The notes beneath the pieces are model-generated. The model made no database searches, was not told the DNA's origin, and was given only the letters and a program-made list of their open reading frames with translations. The position numbers were made by a program, and so were the translations under genes. A stretch of 64,000 bases of DNA from Reclinomonas americana ATCC 50394. Taxonomy: Eukaryota. The stretch spans positions 15,509-79,508 of the forward strand of contig PS015205.1 of NCBI GenBank assembly GCA_048213135.1. The letters run 5' to 3'. Below are positions 11,601 through 37,627 of this stretch, in pieces. Each line of letters begins with the position of its first letter. The stretch's first letter is position 1.

Positions 11601-14600
11601 GTTGGACTTCGCAGTGCCGAGTTGTGCCTCGTTGATTTCGCTGCCGTCGGAGCCGAATGCACTGTGCAGGGATCGAATTCGGGGGGCGCTGTGGGGGCAG
11701 GCGTTGGGAGATGCCATGGTGCGTTGGAGGGAGAGGGGCGGTAGGGAGGGGAGGGAAATGGTGTGCGGACAGACTTCTTTAAAATGGCAGGCGAGCGAAG
11801 CTCGTCTGCTGATGCAGGAGGGAGGATAGTGAGAGAGAATGGATGATGTGGAGCGTGAGAGTTCAGTGCTCTTCATTACCAGAGTCTCTATTCACATTCT
11901 CTTCTGCGTGGGAGTGAGTGAGAAGCGCATACTCTCTGCTCATGAAAGAGAAGAAACACTCTCGTCTATTTCTCTTCTCTCTTCATACGTGCTTGCGACC
12001 AGCGAGTCAAGAAGAACCTGTGTTTGTGTGATGGAAGGGTGCGCAGACAGTCAAATACACACGTTTTTCTTTCTTTAAATGGCAGGCGAGCGAAGCTCGT
12101 CTGCTGATGCAGGAAACGAGAGAAAGAGAAGGAATGGATGAAGTGGAGTGAGAGATCAGTGCTCTTCATTACCAGAGTCTCTATTCGCATTCTCTTTCTC
12201 GTTTGCGATTGAAAGGAAAGATAAGCTCTCTTCGTGCAAGGGAGAATGCTTCTTCGTTCTTTCTTCATGGCAGCTTGCAGCATGCGAGTCAGAGAACATG
12301 TGACTGAGAAAAAAGGTGCGCAGACAGGTGGATACATACAGATTTCTTTCTTTAAAATGGCAGGCGAGCGAAGCTTGTCTGCTATTGCAGGAAACGAGAG
12401 AAAGAGAAGGGAATGGATGATTAGAATGAGAGATAGAGAGAAGAGATCAGTGGCCATCTCTGTCAACGTCTTTCGTTGCGCACTCTGTTCTGCGACTGAA
12501 AGACAACGAAAAGGCGTTCTCTCTCTTCGCGAAGAAGAAAGGATGGCTTCTTTCTCTTCTCAGTTCTCATCTCTCTTCCAGATTGTTCTCGCTTCTAGAC
12601 TGTTAGAGGAGTGGTGCTCGAATCCTCTAGTTTCTGACCTTCGACCTCCACCACAGGGCCTCTCCACTGAATTTCTCAATCGCTACGCCGCTCTGCTGCT
12701 GTACGGCAACGAACCATTCTCGTTTGCGAATATTGCTCAGGACCGGCATCGCAGTCGATGGGTGCGCTCCGATCACACCGATGATACGGATCAGGCGGTG
12801 CGTAAAAGGGCAGGAGATGGAGATGGAGATNNNNNNNNNNNNNNNNNNNNNNNNNNNNNNNNNNNNNNNNNNNNNNNNNNNNNNNNNNNNNNNNNNNNNN
12901 NNNNNNNNNNNNNNNNNNNNNNNGAGAGAGAGAGAGAGAGAGGTGAAGAAGAGAGGGAGAGAGAGAAGGGAGAAGGGGGAGGGGGAGGGAGAGGAGAGAG
13001 TTGGAGAAAGAGAGGGAGTGGAAGAGAGGGGAAGAGAGGGACAGTGAAAGAAATGGTCAGTGAAAGAATGAGTGAGTCCCATGTTGAGAGGCAGTGCGTA
13101 AGTGCGTGGCTTGAGCTGATGTGGTTGTGTTGCATGTCTGGGTGAAAGTGAGAATGAAAGTGAGAGAGCGAGTGTTGGCGATTCTAAGAACCATGTGAGA
13201 GAGAATGAGAAAAGAAGGAGGGAGAGATGCAGAGAAGAGAGAAAGAGAGAAATAGAGAAAGAGAGAAAGAAAAAAGGAAGAAAGTAAGGAAGAAAGAAAT
13301 AAGGAAAGAAAGAAAGAAAGAAAAAGAAAAAAAGAAAGAAAGGAAGGAAGAAGGAAGAAAGGAAGGGAGAGAGAAGAAGAGAGAGAGAGCGCACGCGCTT
13401 TGATGTGGGTGTGCCATGTCTGCTGATCAATGAGAAAGTGGCGCGATGATTGTGCGTCGTTTGAGCAAGAGAAAGTGTGCGAAAGAGTGAGAAATCGTGT
13501 CTGTTGGGCACTGAGTGAGTGGCTAGCGCGGTTATATGAGACGGCGAATGTTTGCGAGAGAAAGAGAGAGAATGATTAGTCGCGCGTGTGTATGCAACTG
13601 AATATGCGAGTGAGTGGATGAGCTATTCACCGAGAACTTGAGGTCGATTGTGATCCTGCTGTTCTTTATCTTTGTGCTTACCCCTCTCCTGCCTTCATCC
13701 CCAGCTTGTGCTCATGGACACGCTTATGCTCTCGGAGGCCCGCGCGCCGCGTGTCGATCCCGTCGCTTTCGCGCACCGTCTGTATCACTGGGCAATGTGC
13801 GGACAGACGGAGCTGGCCGACGACGGCGGCAACGGCATGGGTCGCACCGTCAGTGCCGTGCTCTCGCACGAGGACTTTTCTCGCAATCCCCATGCGGTAC
13901 GCTTCATTTTATTCGCTTCTGTTTCTTCAGTGACACTGCTTATTCATCTCTCCTCCGACAGGCGGCCGAAGCGGTGTGGCGACGATACAGCTGCAACGCG
14001 GCGGCGAATGGGGCTGTCATGCGCACGAGTCCGTGTGGCTGCGTGCCGACCATCGACGAGGACGCGGCGGTGCAGTTGGCAAAGGATGCTTGCAAGGTCT
14101 TTCTGGAGAGATTTCTGTTCTCCCAACACTCTTGCCTGTTCCCACCCCGGATTGCGCAGGTCACGCACACCGATCCACGCTCCCTGGCCTCCTGCGTGGC
14201 AGTGACTGTGGCCCTGCTGGCCATGGTGCGCTCCAATGTCGAGTTGCTGCCGTCGGACGAGGTGGAGCGCATCTGCGAGCAGGCCAGTGCTCGCGCGTCG
14301 CGTGAACTGCAGGAGGCGGTGGAGGCCACCGGCTGCGATGCGTCGTCGATGACGGTGGCGGAGTTGCAGGAGGTGTTGGGTGCGCGCGAGTTTCGCGAGT
14401 GCCGACTGGATGATCAGGCTGCGATTGGGTAGGTGGTGCAGGAGGGAGAAGTCGGTGGTAGCAGAGTGTCTCTTATCGTATGAATGATAGGTACACGTAC
14501 AAGTGCCTCGGATCGGCGTTCGTGGCGTTGCGGTCGGAGCGGTCGTTTGAGGAGACAATGGAGGCGCTGATTGCGGAGGGCGGTGATGCGGATACGTTGC

Positions 14601-14797
14601 GTTTGAACATGGGGCAAAAAGGTGGTGGAAGGGTCGTGGTGCTAAAGGATGTGCGCAGAAATGGTGCGGCGGCGGGTGCGCTGCTGGGCTGTCGGCTGGG
14701 GTTCTCGCGCCTGCCGCAGGAGTTGGTGGGCGAGTTGCGGCATCAGGAGTTTCTGAGGAATCGCATTGAGGCGTTTATTGAGCATTTTGAGGGATGA
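8657..14797 (+). CDS. Leucine-rich repeat + ADP-ribosylglycohydrolase (ARH/DraG family) fusion protein with predicted N-myristoylation
   Basis: Starts MGTSGS. LRRs include LEQLCLADN, LQTLLVSFNRLAGSLPESLGEL, LVHLDLAHNSI and LTYLDVSFN. ARH motifs are RDRIRGALWGQALGDAMGLSTEF, DHTDDTDQA, AANGAVMRTSP, VTHTDPRSLASC and GGDADTNGAAAGALLG. All introns are phase-consistent GT-AG. Confidence 0.85.
11770..12420 (+). repeat. Three imperfect copies of an intronic repeat
   Basis: ttta(a)aatggcaggcgagcgaagct.gtctgct.atgcagga occurs at ~11778, ~12074 and ~12351. cagtgctcttcattaccagagtctctattc follows the first two copies. Confidence 0.8.
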
Positions 14798-15222
14798 GGC
14801 GGTAGCAGGGAAGAGACGGAGCCGAAGGCGGAGTCTCTTCTCTTTTTGTGAAAGGCGGTAAGGTGCCTTCGATTGATCAGCGGGAAGATCCGTCAGAATG
14901 GGATAGCTGTCCATGAACACTTTGTCGGGCGCTCTGTATCACTGAGTTAGATTGTCAGCGAGGGTGGAGCTGCACACAGTGTCGGTTTCGGCGGATCCGT
15001 ACGCGCAAGTCGCCAAGGAGTTGGTGGAGCTCGTGGTTAGAGACAGGGAGCGAGCATTCACAACATGCCAGCCCTATTAGAAGTCGTGCGTATCGACAGC
15101 AGACCGCTGCTTATGAGGAATGCATCCTGACTTCGAACCACGGCTTGAATGCATTCGTCCTCAAGCTGTCCCACCAATCAATCACTCTTTCCAGCAGCGG
15201 AACAGGAGAGCATTCACGAACG

Positions 15223-15923
15223 ATGCTCTCGCTGCTTCCTCGCCGCTGCCTAGCAGTGCCCTTGCGCGCTCCACTTGCACTCTCCTCTCACTACTTCAGC
15301 ACTTCCTCTGCACCTTCGACTGCAGCCTCTGCCTCCTTGCGACAAGCAGTGTTTGTGGACGTGGCAGAGGCCTCCCCGCGCGAGTGGGTCTCTGCACTGC
15401 GTCTCACAAGCAACAACAACAATAACAGCACAAACAAGTCGAATAACAGCTTGTCAGTGTCGGCTTGTGCGGATCCGTACGCGCAAGTCGCCAAGGAGCT
15501 GGTGGAGCTCAGTGAGAATGTGCGCCAGCTGGTCGATGTCGACCATCCGGTGATGCGTGTGGCGGCCTCGTATTACTTCTCGTTGCAAGGTGAGAGAGAG
15601 AGTGAGAGAGTGTGAGAGAAAGATGCGGGACAAGAAGATGCATGTGTGTGTATGTGTGTGTGTGTGTGTGAGTGCTTTCTTTCTCTCTTTGTGTGTGTAT
15701 GTGTGTGCGTGTGTGTGCGTGTGTGGAAGAGTGCGTGTCATTCATATTCTTGCAATCATGGGGGTTTGTCACTCTTTCACTCTCTCTCTCTCTCTCACTC
15801 TCTCTCACTCTCTCTCCGTGCTTCTATGTGCATATGCGTGCTATTCCCTCTGTTTATCTCCGTCCGCTGTCTGCATCTCTCACTCATTCTCTCTTACTCT
15901 CTCACTCTTTCTCTCTCTTTGTG

Positions 15924-16018
<95 letters not shown>

Positions 16019-16560
16019 NNNNNNNNNNNNNNNNNNNNCCTCTCTCTCCCCCTCCCTCCCCACCCTTGCCCATTCCTTGCCTCTGCATCTCCATCCTCAC
16101 TTCCCATTCGCCTTCTCCTCTGATTAGGCAAGCGCATGCGACCAATGATGGTGCTGCTGATGGCCAAGGCGGTCAACGAGCACCTCGCGGCGACGCACCC
16201 GCATCTCTTTGCGCCATCGGCCTCCTCTAGCGGACTCGGCGCGATTAGCGCGTCGCAGAAGAAGCTGGCGGAGATCACCGAGATGATTCACGTGGCGAGT
16301 CTGGCGCACGACGATGTGATTGATGAGTCGGGCACGCGGCGGGGGGCGCCGTCGTTGAATGCGCTGTATGGCAATAAGGTGAGACGGGGGTAGAAGGAGA
16401 ACGGAGGTGCAGGAGAAAGGAGGAGAAGGAGAAAGGAGGAGAAGGAGAAGGGGGGAAAGGAGAAAGGAGGAGAAGGTGAAAGGGAAAGGAGGGGAGGGAG
16501 AAAGGAGCAGCAGGAGAAAGGGAAAGGAGGAGAAGGAGAAAGGAGAAGCAGGACACATAT

Positions 16561-16591
<31 letters not shown>

Positions 16592-19510
16592 CACGCACAC
16601 ACACTCACGAACTCGCAAACTCACGAACACACAAACACATACACAAAAACGCGTGCAAAGGGCAGTCAGCTCCACGTGAACGCTAACTGTGTATGTACAC
16701 AGACATGCAGACATGCAGGGGCACACACACACACACACAGATACACATACACATGCACACGCACAGAGAGAGAGAGACAGAGGCAAAAGTGTCAAGAGAG
16801 AGACACGAAGAGTGTGTGTGAGAGAGAGAGAGAGAGAGAGAGTGCGCGTGTGTGTATATGTGAGAGAGAGATAGCAGAGGGAGGAAGTTGGGGATGCGTG
16901 TGCTCACGACGCGGCGTGCGGTGACAGGTGTCAATTTTGGCTGGCGACTTTTTGTTGGGTCGAGCGTCGCTGGCACTGGCGCGCTTGCATAACACGGAGG
17001 TGGTGGAGTTGTTGTCGAAGGTCATTGAGCATCTGGCGTTGGGGGAGGTGAGCTGAATGGGGGGAAGGGAGGGGAAGGGAGGGGAAGGGAGGGGAGAAGG
17101 GAGGAGGTGGGGAAGGGAGAGAGAAAGAGAGAGAAGACAGCGGCGCTTGAATATTCCTCGCGAGACAACGGGGTGATCTGCTTTTCGTTTGAGATGGTTG
17201 AGGGCGCGCATTGGAGTTTCGCTTTGTGCGTGCGTGTGAGAGAGAGAGAGAGGGAGTGACGAAGCGCAGTGCTGCGATGTAGACGATGTGCTTCTTGTGT
17301 GTGAGAAAAGGAGCAAAGGGGAAGAGAAAGAAAAAGGGGAAGGAAAGAAGACAGGAAGAGAGCGAGAGAGAGGACGAGAGTGAAAGGGACTGAGAAAGGG
17401 AAGAAAAATGTGAGTTCTGCAGAGCACCCAGAAATTCGTTGCATATGCTGGAGTGACGAAGCGCAGTGCTCCGGATGCAGACAGTCTGCTGCTTGTGTGC
17501 GAGAGAGGGAGCAAAGGGGAAGAGAAATAGAAAAAGGGAAAGGAAAAGAGAAGAGAACGAGAGAGAGAGAGAGAGTGAGAAAGTGAATAGGGAATTAGCA
17601 AGAAGAAAATGAGAGTTCTTCAGAGCATTCGCAAAATTTCGTTGCATATGCTGGTGTGACGAAGCGCAGTGTTGCGGATGTAGAAGATCTGCTGCTTGTG
17701 TGCGAGAGAGGGAAAAAAGGCGAAGAGACAGCGGAAGAGGAAGAAAGTGAAGAGAACGTGAGAGAGAGAGAGTGAGAGAGTGAGAAGGAATGAGAAAAAG
17801 GAAGGAGAAAGAGAGTTCTCCCTCGCCTTTTCTCTTTCCCCCGTTTCATAACCCCATCCTCCTCCTCATTCTATTATCCGCTCTAGTTCTACCTTTCTTA
17901 ATTCACCTCCTTCCACCTTCCCTCCCTTCTCCCTCCCCCTCCCATTCTCCCTTCCCTCACCCACCCTTCTCCTCACCCCCACCCTTCCCCTTCATAGGTC
18001 ATCCAAATGACCGGCGTCCTCCCCGACTCCCCACCCGACGACGAACTGGCCGACGTGGTCAAGGAACTCATGTCCGGCACCTCCGTGCACACCTCCACCG
18101 AGGAGACGGTGGAGCTGTCGCGCTTCATCACCGGCTACATGCACAAGACGTACCTGAAGACGGCGTCGTTGGTGGCTAACTCGTGCAAGGCCGCCGTGTT
18201 GTTGAGCGATGGAGCGCAGTTGCGTGCACGCCCCCCCCCCCCCCCCCTCCCTCCCTCTCCTCTTCTCCTTTGCCTGCAGCACTCATGTCGCTCTCTTCTC
18301 CACCACAGAGATCCCACGCTCGCCGCCGAGGTCGCCAAGCTCGCCGAGGCGGCGCACTCGTTCGGCCGACACGTGGGTCTCACGTATCAGTTTGTGGACG
18401 ACTCGCTCGATGTGACGTCGGATGCGGCGACTGTGGGCAAGCCGGCGGCGTTCGCCGACTTGCGGCAGGGCACGGTGACGGCGCCGGTGCTGCTGGCGGC
18501 GCGGTACACGCCCTCACTACTGCCGCTTATTCGGCGGCATTTTTCGCATCAGGGGGATATTGATCAAGTTGCGAGAAGAAGGGGAAAGGGGGGAAAGGGG
18601 AAGGAGAGGGGAGAAGGGGTGAAAGGGGAAGGAGAGGGGAAGGCGAAGGAGAAGGAGGTAGAAGGAGAAAGTGGAAGGTGAGTGAGGAAGAAGAACTTGG
18701 AAGACAAAGCGAGAAGGAGAAGGCGAGAGAGAGAGAGAGAGAAGAGGGGTACAAGAGGAAACAAGGAAGGAGAAGGAAAAGTGAAAGAAGAAGGTGAAAG
18801 GAGAAGGTGAAAGGATATGAGAAAGGAGAATAATGAACGAGATGGGGGACGGAAAACGTGAAAGATGAGGTGATAAAGAAGGCGAGAAGGAGAAGTCGGA
18901 ATGAGATGCGGAGAGACAAGGGGGAGGAGAAGAGGGGAGGCGAAGGGAAAGGAGAAAGTGGAAGAAGAGAGTGAATATGGAGAGAGTGGAAGGAGAAAGT
19001 GAAAGGAGAAGAACGAAGGAGAACAGAGAAAAAAGAAGGGGAAAGTGGGAGAGGAAAGTGATTAGAGAAAGTGAAAGGAGAAGAGGGCAAGAGGAAGGAG
19101 AAGGAGAAATGAAAGTTGATAGTGAAAGGAAGAGGAAAGAGACTGTGAAAGGAGAGAGAGAAGAGGGAGATAAGAGTGAAGCACGAAGGAGAAGGAGAAG
19201 AGGGAAGGAGAGGGGGGCAGGAGGAGGTGTGGGGGATAGTGAAGGAGATGGGGGACTGAAAACGTGGAAAGAGATGGAGAAGGCGGGAATAGGGGATGGT
19301 CAATACCAGCATTGTCCTCACTCTCTTGGTGTCTCGTAGGGCCTGAGTGTGGTGACGGACTCCTTTGCCCGTGGCATCAACGACACGGTGCAGCTGGCGA
19401 CGTGGCACACGGAGAAGGCGGCGGATGCGCTGTTGCAGAGCTTCCGACCGAGTGGCGCCCGTGATGCGCTGGTGAATCTGGTGCGCAATATTTCACGGCG
19501 CAAGAGATGA
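15223..19510 (+). CDS. COQ1: Long-chain trans-prenyl (deca/solanesyl) diphosphate synthase, mitochondrial-type
   Basis: Motifs GKRMRP, LAEITEMIHVASLAHDDVID...RRG..SLN..YGNK.SILAGDFLL, YLKTASL, GLTYQFVDDSLD and GKP...DLRQG.VTAPVL. N-terminus is Arg/Ser/Leu-rich (MLSLLPRRCLA), like a targeting peptide. Six phase-consistent exons. Confidence 0.92.
17250..17730 (+). repeat. Three imperfect intronic repeat copies
   Basis: gtgacgaagcgcagtg...gatg.aga....tgct..ttgtgtg.gaga occurs at ~17256, ~17453 and ~17656. Confidence 0.7.
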
Positions 19511-20104
19511 GAGGATAAGCGGGGAGGGAGGAGAAGGAGAGAGATGAGGGAGAGGGTTATATTCACGTGCCAATTCGATATATTCACTGCGTGCGACGAC
19601 GATGGAAGAAGAAGAAAAGAGACAGGCGACCAAGTAAAGGACGACCGGTGACAGTTAGAAGACATGATGATACAGGGGAAGGGAGGATACATGGAGAAGG
19701 GAGGAAGGGAGTGGATGTGGGGGGAAGAGCTGCGCAGCCTTGTGTGCATCGTCAACTGCGATTGTTCTCCGTGATGGGGGAGAAGGGAGTGAGAGGTGGA
19801 AAGATGCGGGGAAGGGTGTGTGCGGATGGGTGGGTGGAGGAGAAGAGAGTGAGTGACGAGTGGCTACCGGACGAGGGAGTGCAGGGTGGGAAAGAGAGTG
19901 CAGGGTGAGTGGATACTGCGGAAGGAATGAGACCAAATGCTGGCGCTTCTGCAAGCGAAACCACTGCCGTGACGGGCATGGATTGCAGTCCGCTGCATTC
20001 CAAACAGGAAGGTGGAACGACCACACTCTTTGTGTCGACTCGTCAACTTGTCTCTCTGTGCCTCGCATCTGAACAATAATTACCTGCCTCTCCTTGCTGT
20101 ACCT

Positions 20105-20755
20105 TCATTCCTTCCTGTCCTCCTTCTCTCCCTCCTCCTCCTCCTTCCCCCTCTCCTCCGCAATATGATCCAGCCAGTCCACCACATGCATCTTGCTCTC
20201 ATCGCGCGCCCACTGCGCCGGCGTCTGACCGGCCTTATTCACCGCCCGCATGAGTGCGGGAAATCGTGTCGCCACGAGTCGCACAATCTCCTTGTCGCGC
20301 CCATCCGCAGCCGCGAAATGCAACGCCGTCCACTGGTTTTCCCTTTCACTCGCCAACGCCATCTCCGTCGGACACCGTCGCTCGTCGGCCAGCAACCACT
20401 CAACCACTTGCCGGTGTCCATTACCGGCGGCCGCCATGAGTGGAGTGCACGCACCGCGGACGACCAGTTGGGCGAGTTGTGGGCCGACTCCGCTCTCCTC
20501 CCAGAGGAAGTCGAGGGTGGCGAGGTGGCCATTGGCGGCGGCGTGGTAGAAGGAGGTTTGGCCGTATGCGTCCATCTCATCTCTGGCGAGAAGCGTGTGT
20601 GCGCCTTCGCGGGTGACGAGATCGCGGAGGGCGTGGGTGTTGTTGTTTCGTGCGAGGTCCCAGGCTTTCAGTCTGCGGAGAGGGAGGGAGGGAGGTGAGG
20701 GAGAGAAGGGAGACAAGAGGATTGAGTGTGGGAAGGGAAGAGAATGAAGACACAC

Positions 20756-20799
<44 letters not shown>

Positions 20800-20898
20800 G
20801 TGGACACACGCAGAGAGAGAGAGAGAGAGAGAGAGAGGAGACATGTGGTGCATGACGCACCTGCCACCATTTGGTTCTCTGCTTCTCGTTGCGCCCAT
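20105..20898 (-). CDS. Small ankyrin-repeat protein (2 exons), predicted N-myristoylated
   Basis: MGATRSREPNGG R/LKAW is joined across a GT-AG intron. Ankyrin motifs GQTSFYHAAANGH, CTPLMAAAGNGH, WTALHFAAADG and VNKAGQTPA follow. Confidence 0.85.
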
Positions 20899-21275
20899 AG
20901 TGATCACACGCGCAACGGAGAAATGAGTTGTCACTGACAACGGAAGTCGTGTTCGGAGCGTTGTGAAGACAGAATGTGTGCGACTGCTGTGCAGAGACGA
21001 GCGTAGGAGTGGCATTGGAATAGTGTAGGAGACAAGGTGCAGTGGCACGCGACGTCGCGCTCGACGTCGGCAAGTCCATTGGCTGTTAGTTTGCTCTTTG
21101 GTTTCTGTGTCGAGCCTGTTCCTCTCGCAGCTGCACGGAACTCTGGATCAAGCACTCCGCGGCCGATCGAGCTGAAAGTCGTGTGGACGCCAGTGCAACA
21201 CTCGCTGCGGAGCGCGATCTGCGCATGCAACCCCAACTGCTGATTACTTCGAATTCTATACAAGGACCTATTAAT

Positions 21276-24200
21276 TCACTGCAGCTCCAACGTAAACTGC
21301 CCACACGCCTCGCGTACGGCCCGCATCACACCAAGCACCTCCTGCGCTGTCGGCCGGTCGGGGCGCATGGTCATGCACCGCATGCCGATCTCGAACATTG
21401 GTTCAGCGATGCGTGGCGTCCACTCAATGCCGCCATCCACCATCTCCATGACGCGCAGCGACGCGGCACCGGAGCGATCCCACGTCACGGACCATCCCAC
21501 CACCATGGTTACTGGTTTGCCTGTGAGCAGCTGCACCAGCACAATGCCCATGCTGTACACGTCGTGTTCCGTCTGTGGTGTCCTCACACGCATCGCCATC
21601 GGGTCCATGTAATCGAGCGTGCCAGCGGCGGTTGTCGTCTGCGAGTTTGAGAAAAGGTGAGAGAGTGATGTGTGAACGAGGAGGAGGAAAAAGGAGGCAA
21701 GAAACCTTGCCGTCAACAATCGACCGTGCAATGCCAAAGTCACCGAGACATGCTTCGAAACGGTGATCGAGAAGCACATTGGAGGGCTTGATGTCACGGT
21801 GAACCACTTTGTTCTGCGAGGGAGGTGGTGGGTGAGCACACAATTACACCCGCAATTAAAGAGAAAACTAGAGAGTACTGATATGGCAACCCCAAGCCCA
21901 CTCTGCTCTCTGTATTTGCCTGCATGCATCTCTTAGCTCCCCAAGTTGCCCCTGCATCTTCAGATTTCGCTTTCTGTGCTTCATCATGGAAGTAGTTCCT
22001 TCTCCCTTTCTCTCCCTCTCTTAAGGCATCCGCAAACCTTGTGCAAGAACGCCACAGCCTCAGCCAGCCCGACACCAATCTGCACACGCTGCAACACAGA
22101 GAGCGGTGGACGACCGGCACGCGGCAACAGCAACAGATCTTCCAGGTTGGGAACCCTGGATGGTAGTAACAGTGAGACGCTGATGAAGAAAGGGAGAGGA
22201 GAGAAATGAGACACGCACTGCATAGCCTTGTAAACGAGACAGCGTGCCTTGTCGTCTCCCACCGAGTAGCCGACAAGGGGCACAATGCGACGATCACTCA
22301 GGCGACCGAGAGTGGCAACCTAGGATCCGGAGATGGCCACGAGATGAGGAGCAGCGGAGAGAAGGGAAGATTCAGGAGAGGAAGAGACACAAACCTCACT
22401 CTCGAACGACTCGACGGTCCAAGGTGCATCGGGATCGAGTACCTTGATGGCCACATGCGACTCCCGAAGCAGGGTGATGAAGACAGCACCCTGGCCACCC
22501 TCACCGACCTTCAAGCGTGGCGAGAAGGAGTCGGTGGCTTGCACAATCTCGGGCCACTGGAAGCGTTGCACCGAGATATCGACTGATCATGAACGACGCA
22601 ACATGAACGACGTGAGAAACGAGTTTCGAATTGCACCATGTGTGACGATGAAGACCTTGCGAAGCGAGAAGATCCTGCCGAAGCCGCAAAATGACATGTT
22701 TGCTTTCTTGTAGCTGTTGCTCCACAGCGGTCAGCTGAGTGGCAAAATCGTCCTTGTCGCGCATCGCCGCAGTCAGCTGGGACGCTAATTGATCTCGTTC
22801 GACTCGCAGCTGCGTGTTGCTCTGCTGCAGCTCAGAGTTGGTCCGTTGTAGCTGGGCATTCTTCTGCTGCTCTTCAGCCTCCCCTCGTTGTAGATCCGCG
22901 ACAGTTTGCTGCAGTCGGGCTACTCGTTGCTGCCCCTCGGTCCTGTTTTGTTGCAGCTCCGTGTTGGCTCGCTGCAACTGAACCACAATATCTTCGTGCT
23001 CTCGTTGCTGTCGGTCCCACTCTCTCTGCTGCCGTTCCCGTTCCTGTTGCGCAGCGGTGAGTTCGCGTTGAAGTCGGGCGTTGAGCGTGTCCTTTTCGGC
23101 AAGCTGGCGCGCCATGCTGTCGTCATCAGCTCTCTAGTGTGCATGAGAGACAGGAATCATAAGTACGATGCTGAGACAAGTGGTAATGAAGAGGGAGGGT
23201 ATTGACAGTCACCTGGCGCTGTGCTGCTGCATGTTTCAAAGGGGCATTCAACGACGCGAGAGAGAAACTCACAGTAAGCGACAACGAAAACGCGAGTCAA
23301 TCATTTGCTGAAAGTGGCAATGAGACAGCACCTGCTGCTGGCGATGGCGGTGGTGATTGAGCTTGAGATGGGGATCGCTGGTGCTGTTGAAGTCGACTTG
23401 GTGAGACAGCACCTCCTGCTGGCGATTGTGGTGGTGATTGAGCTCGAGATGGCGAGCGCTGGTATTGTTGATGTCGACTCGGTGAAGCGGGCTCGAGCTC
23501 GTCGAGATCCTGCAGCTCAAGACGTAGTGGCTCTGCAGCGTAGCGGTCAAGCAACTCGGCCACTTGCCGCTTGCCCTCCTCACGAGCCGACTGAGCGGCT
23601 GTCTTGCCCTTTTTGTTGACCATGGGAACGAGGTCCGGGAAGCGAGTGGCGAGGAGTCGCACAATTGCTTCGTGACCGTGCAGAGCGGCGAAATGCAGAG
23701 CAGTGCTCTGAGGACTGTTGGTGTGGTCATTGGTGACCGTCAGCGCCATCTCCGGCGAGCACCGGCGCTCATCGGCAAGCAGCCACTCCACCACTCGCAA
23801 ATGCCCGTTGTGGGCGGCCATCATCAATGGCGTCTGGCCGCCGTCGGTGACAATTGGTGCGAGTTGAGGCCCGACGCCGCTCTCCTCCCACAAGTACTCC
23901 AACACAGTGAGACGACCGTTCAAAGCGGCCTTGGCAAACGCCGAGCAGCCAATCTTATCCGTCTCATCTCTCAGCAGCAGAGTGTGTGCGCCCTCACGAG
24001 CCACCAGTTCGCGCAGAGCCTTCACATCTTCGTCTGCCCCTGTGGCTATCGGTGATGCTTGTTGCTGCTGCTGCTGCTGCTGCTGCTGTTGACCGGATGC
24101 AGATGGCTGCAGTTGCTGAGCAGCGAGGCGGTCGATCAAATCGGCCACGTCAGTGTGGCCCTGCTCACGCGCCATCTCCGTCGCCGTCTTGCTCTCCTTG

Positions 24201-24772
24201 TCGACCAAAGGAATGAGGTCGGGAAAGCGGGTGGCGAGGAGTCGCACAATGGCCTCGTGGCCTCTCCTGGCGGCCCAGTGCAGCGCAGTGTACTGCTGAC
24301 AAAAGCCAGTGTTATTCGTGACTGCACGAACCATCTCCGGCGGGCATCGGCTCTCGTCGGCAAGCAGCCACTCCACCACTCGCAGCTGCCCATCGGCCGC
24401 AGCCTCCATTAGCGGCGTCGTGCCACGGTCGGTGACCTTTTGTGCGAGCTGCGGCCCCACGCCACTCTTCTCCCACAAGTACTGCACCGCGGCGAGGTGG
24501 CCTTCGCGAGCGGCATAGTGGGATGCCGCGCAGCCTTGCTCATCCATCTCTTCCCTCTTCAGCAGAGTGAGAGCACTCTCACGAGCCACCAACTCGCGTA
24601 GCGCCTTTACATCGCCGTCTGCTCCCATTTGCCACGCTTTCACCCATCGCTTCTGCGAAGAAGCTTGTGAACGTGCACTGGTGTAAAGTTGAGAGCTGTG
24701 CAACGCAACACAACGAAATAGCGCCGTGTGGACGTACCTTCCACGGTCACCGCGCACCGAACCTGCACCCAT
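21276..24772 (-). CDS. Ankyrin repeats (two modules) + Pro/Ser linker + coiled coil + IRAK/Pelle(RLK)-like protein kinase
   Basis: Starts MGAGS. Two ankyrin modules are separated by polyQ, and a Q-rich coiled coil lies at ~22660-23130. Kinase motifs are [62 protein letters not shown] and RPDRPT. The junction at ~23135-23330 is uncertain, so this could be two genes. Confidence 0.75.
23321..23480 (-). repeat. 81-bp coding tandem duplication (QQxQRSPSxAQSPPxSPAxGAVS)
   Basis: tgagacagcacct.ctgctggcgat recurs at 23321 and 23402. Confidence 0.8.
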
Positions 24773-24790
24773 TCCACACACTCAATCGCA

Positions 24791-37627
<12,837 letters not shown>

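Noticed and set aside
14596-14658. Apparent 21-aa insertion in the ARH active-site motif (DADT-LRLNMG...VRR-NG)
   Set aside because: It is a 63-nt stop-free GTTGCG-AG intron; removing it restores GDADTNGA.
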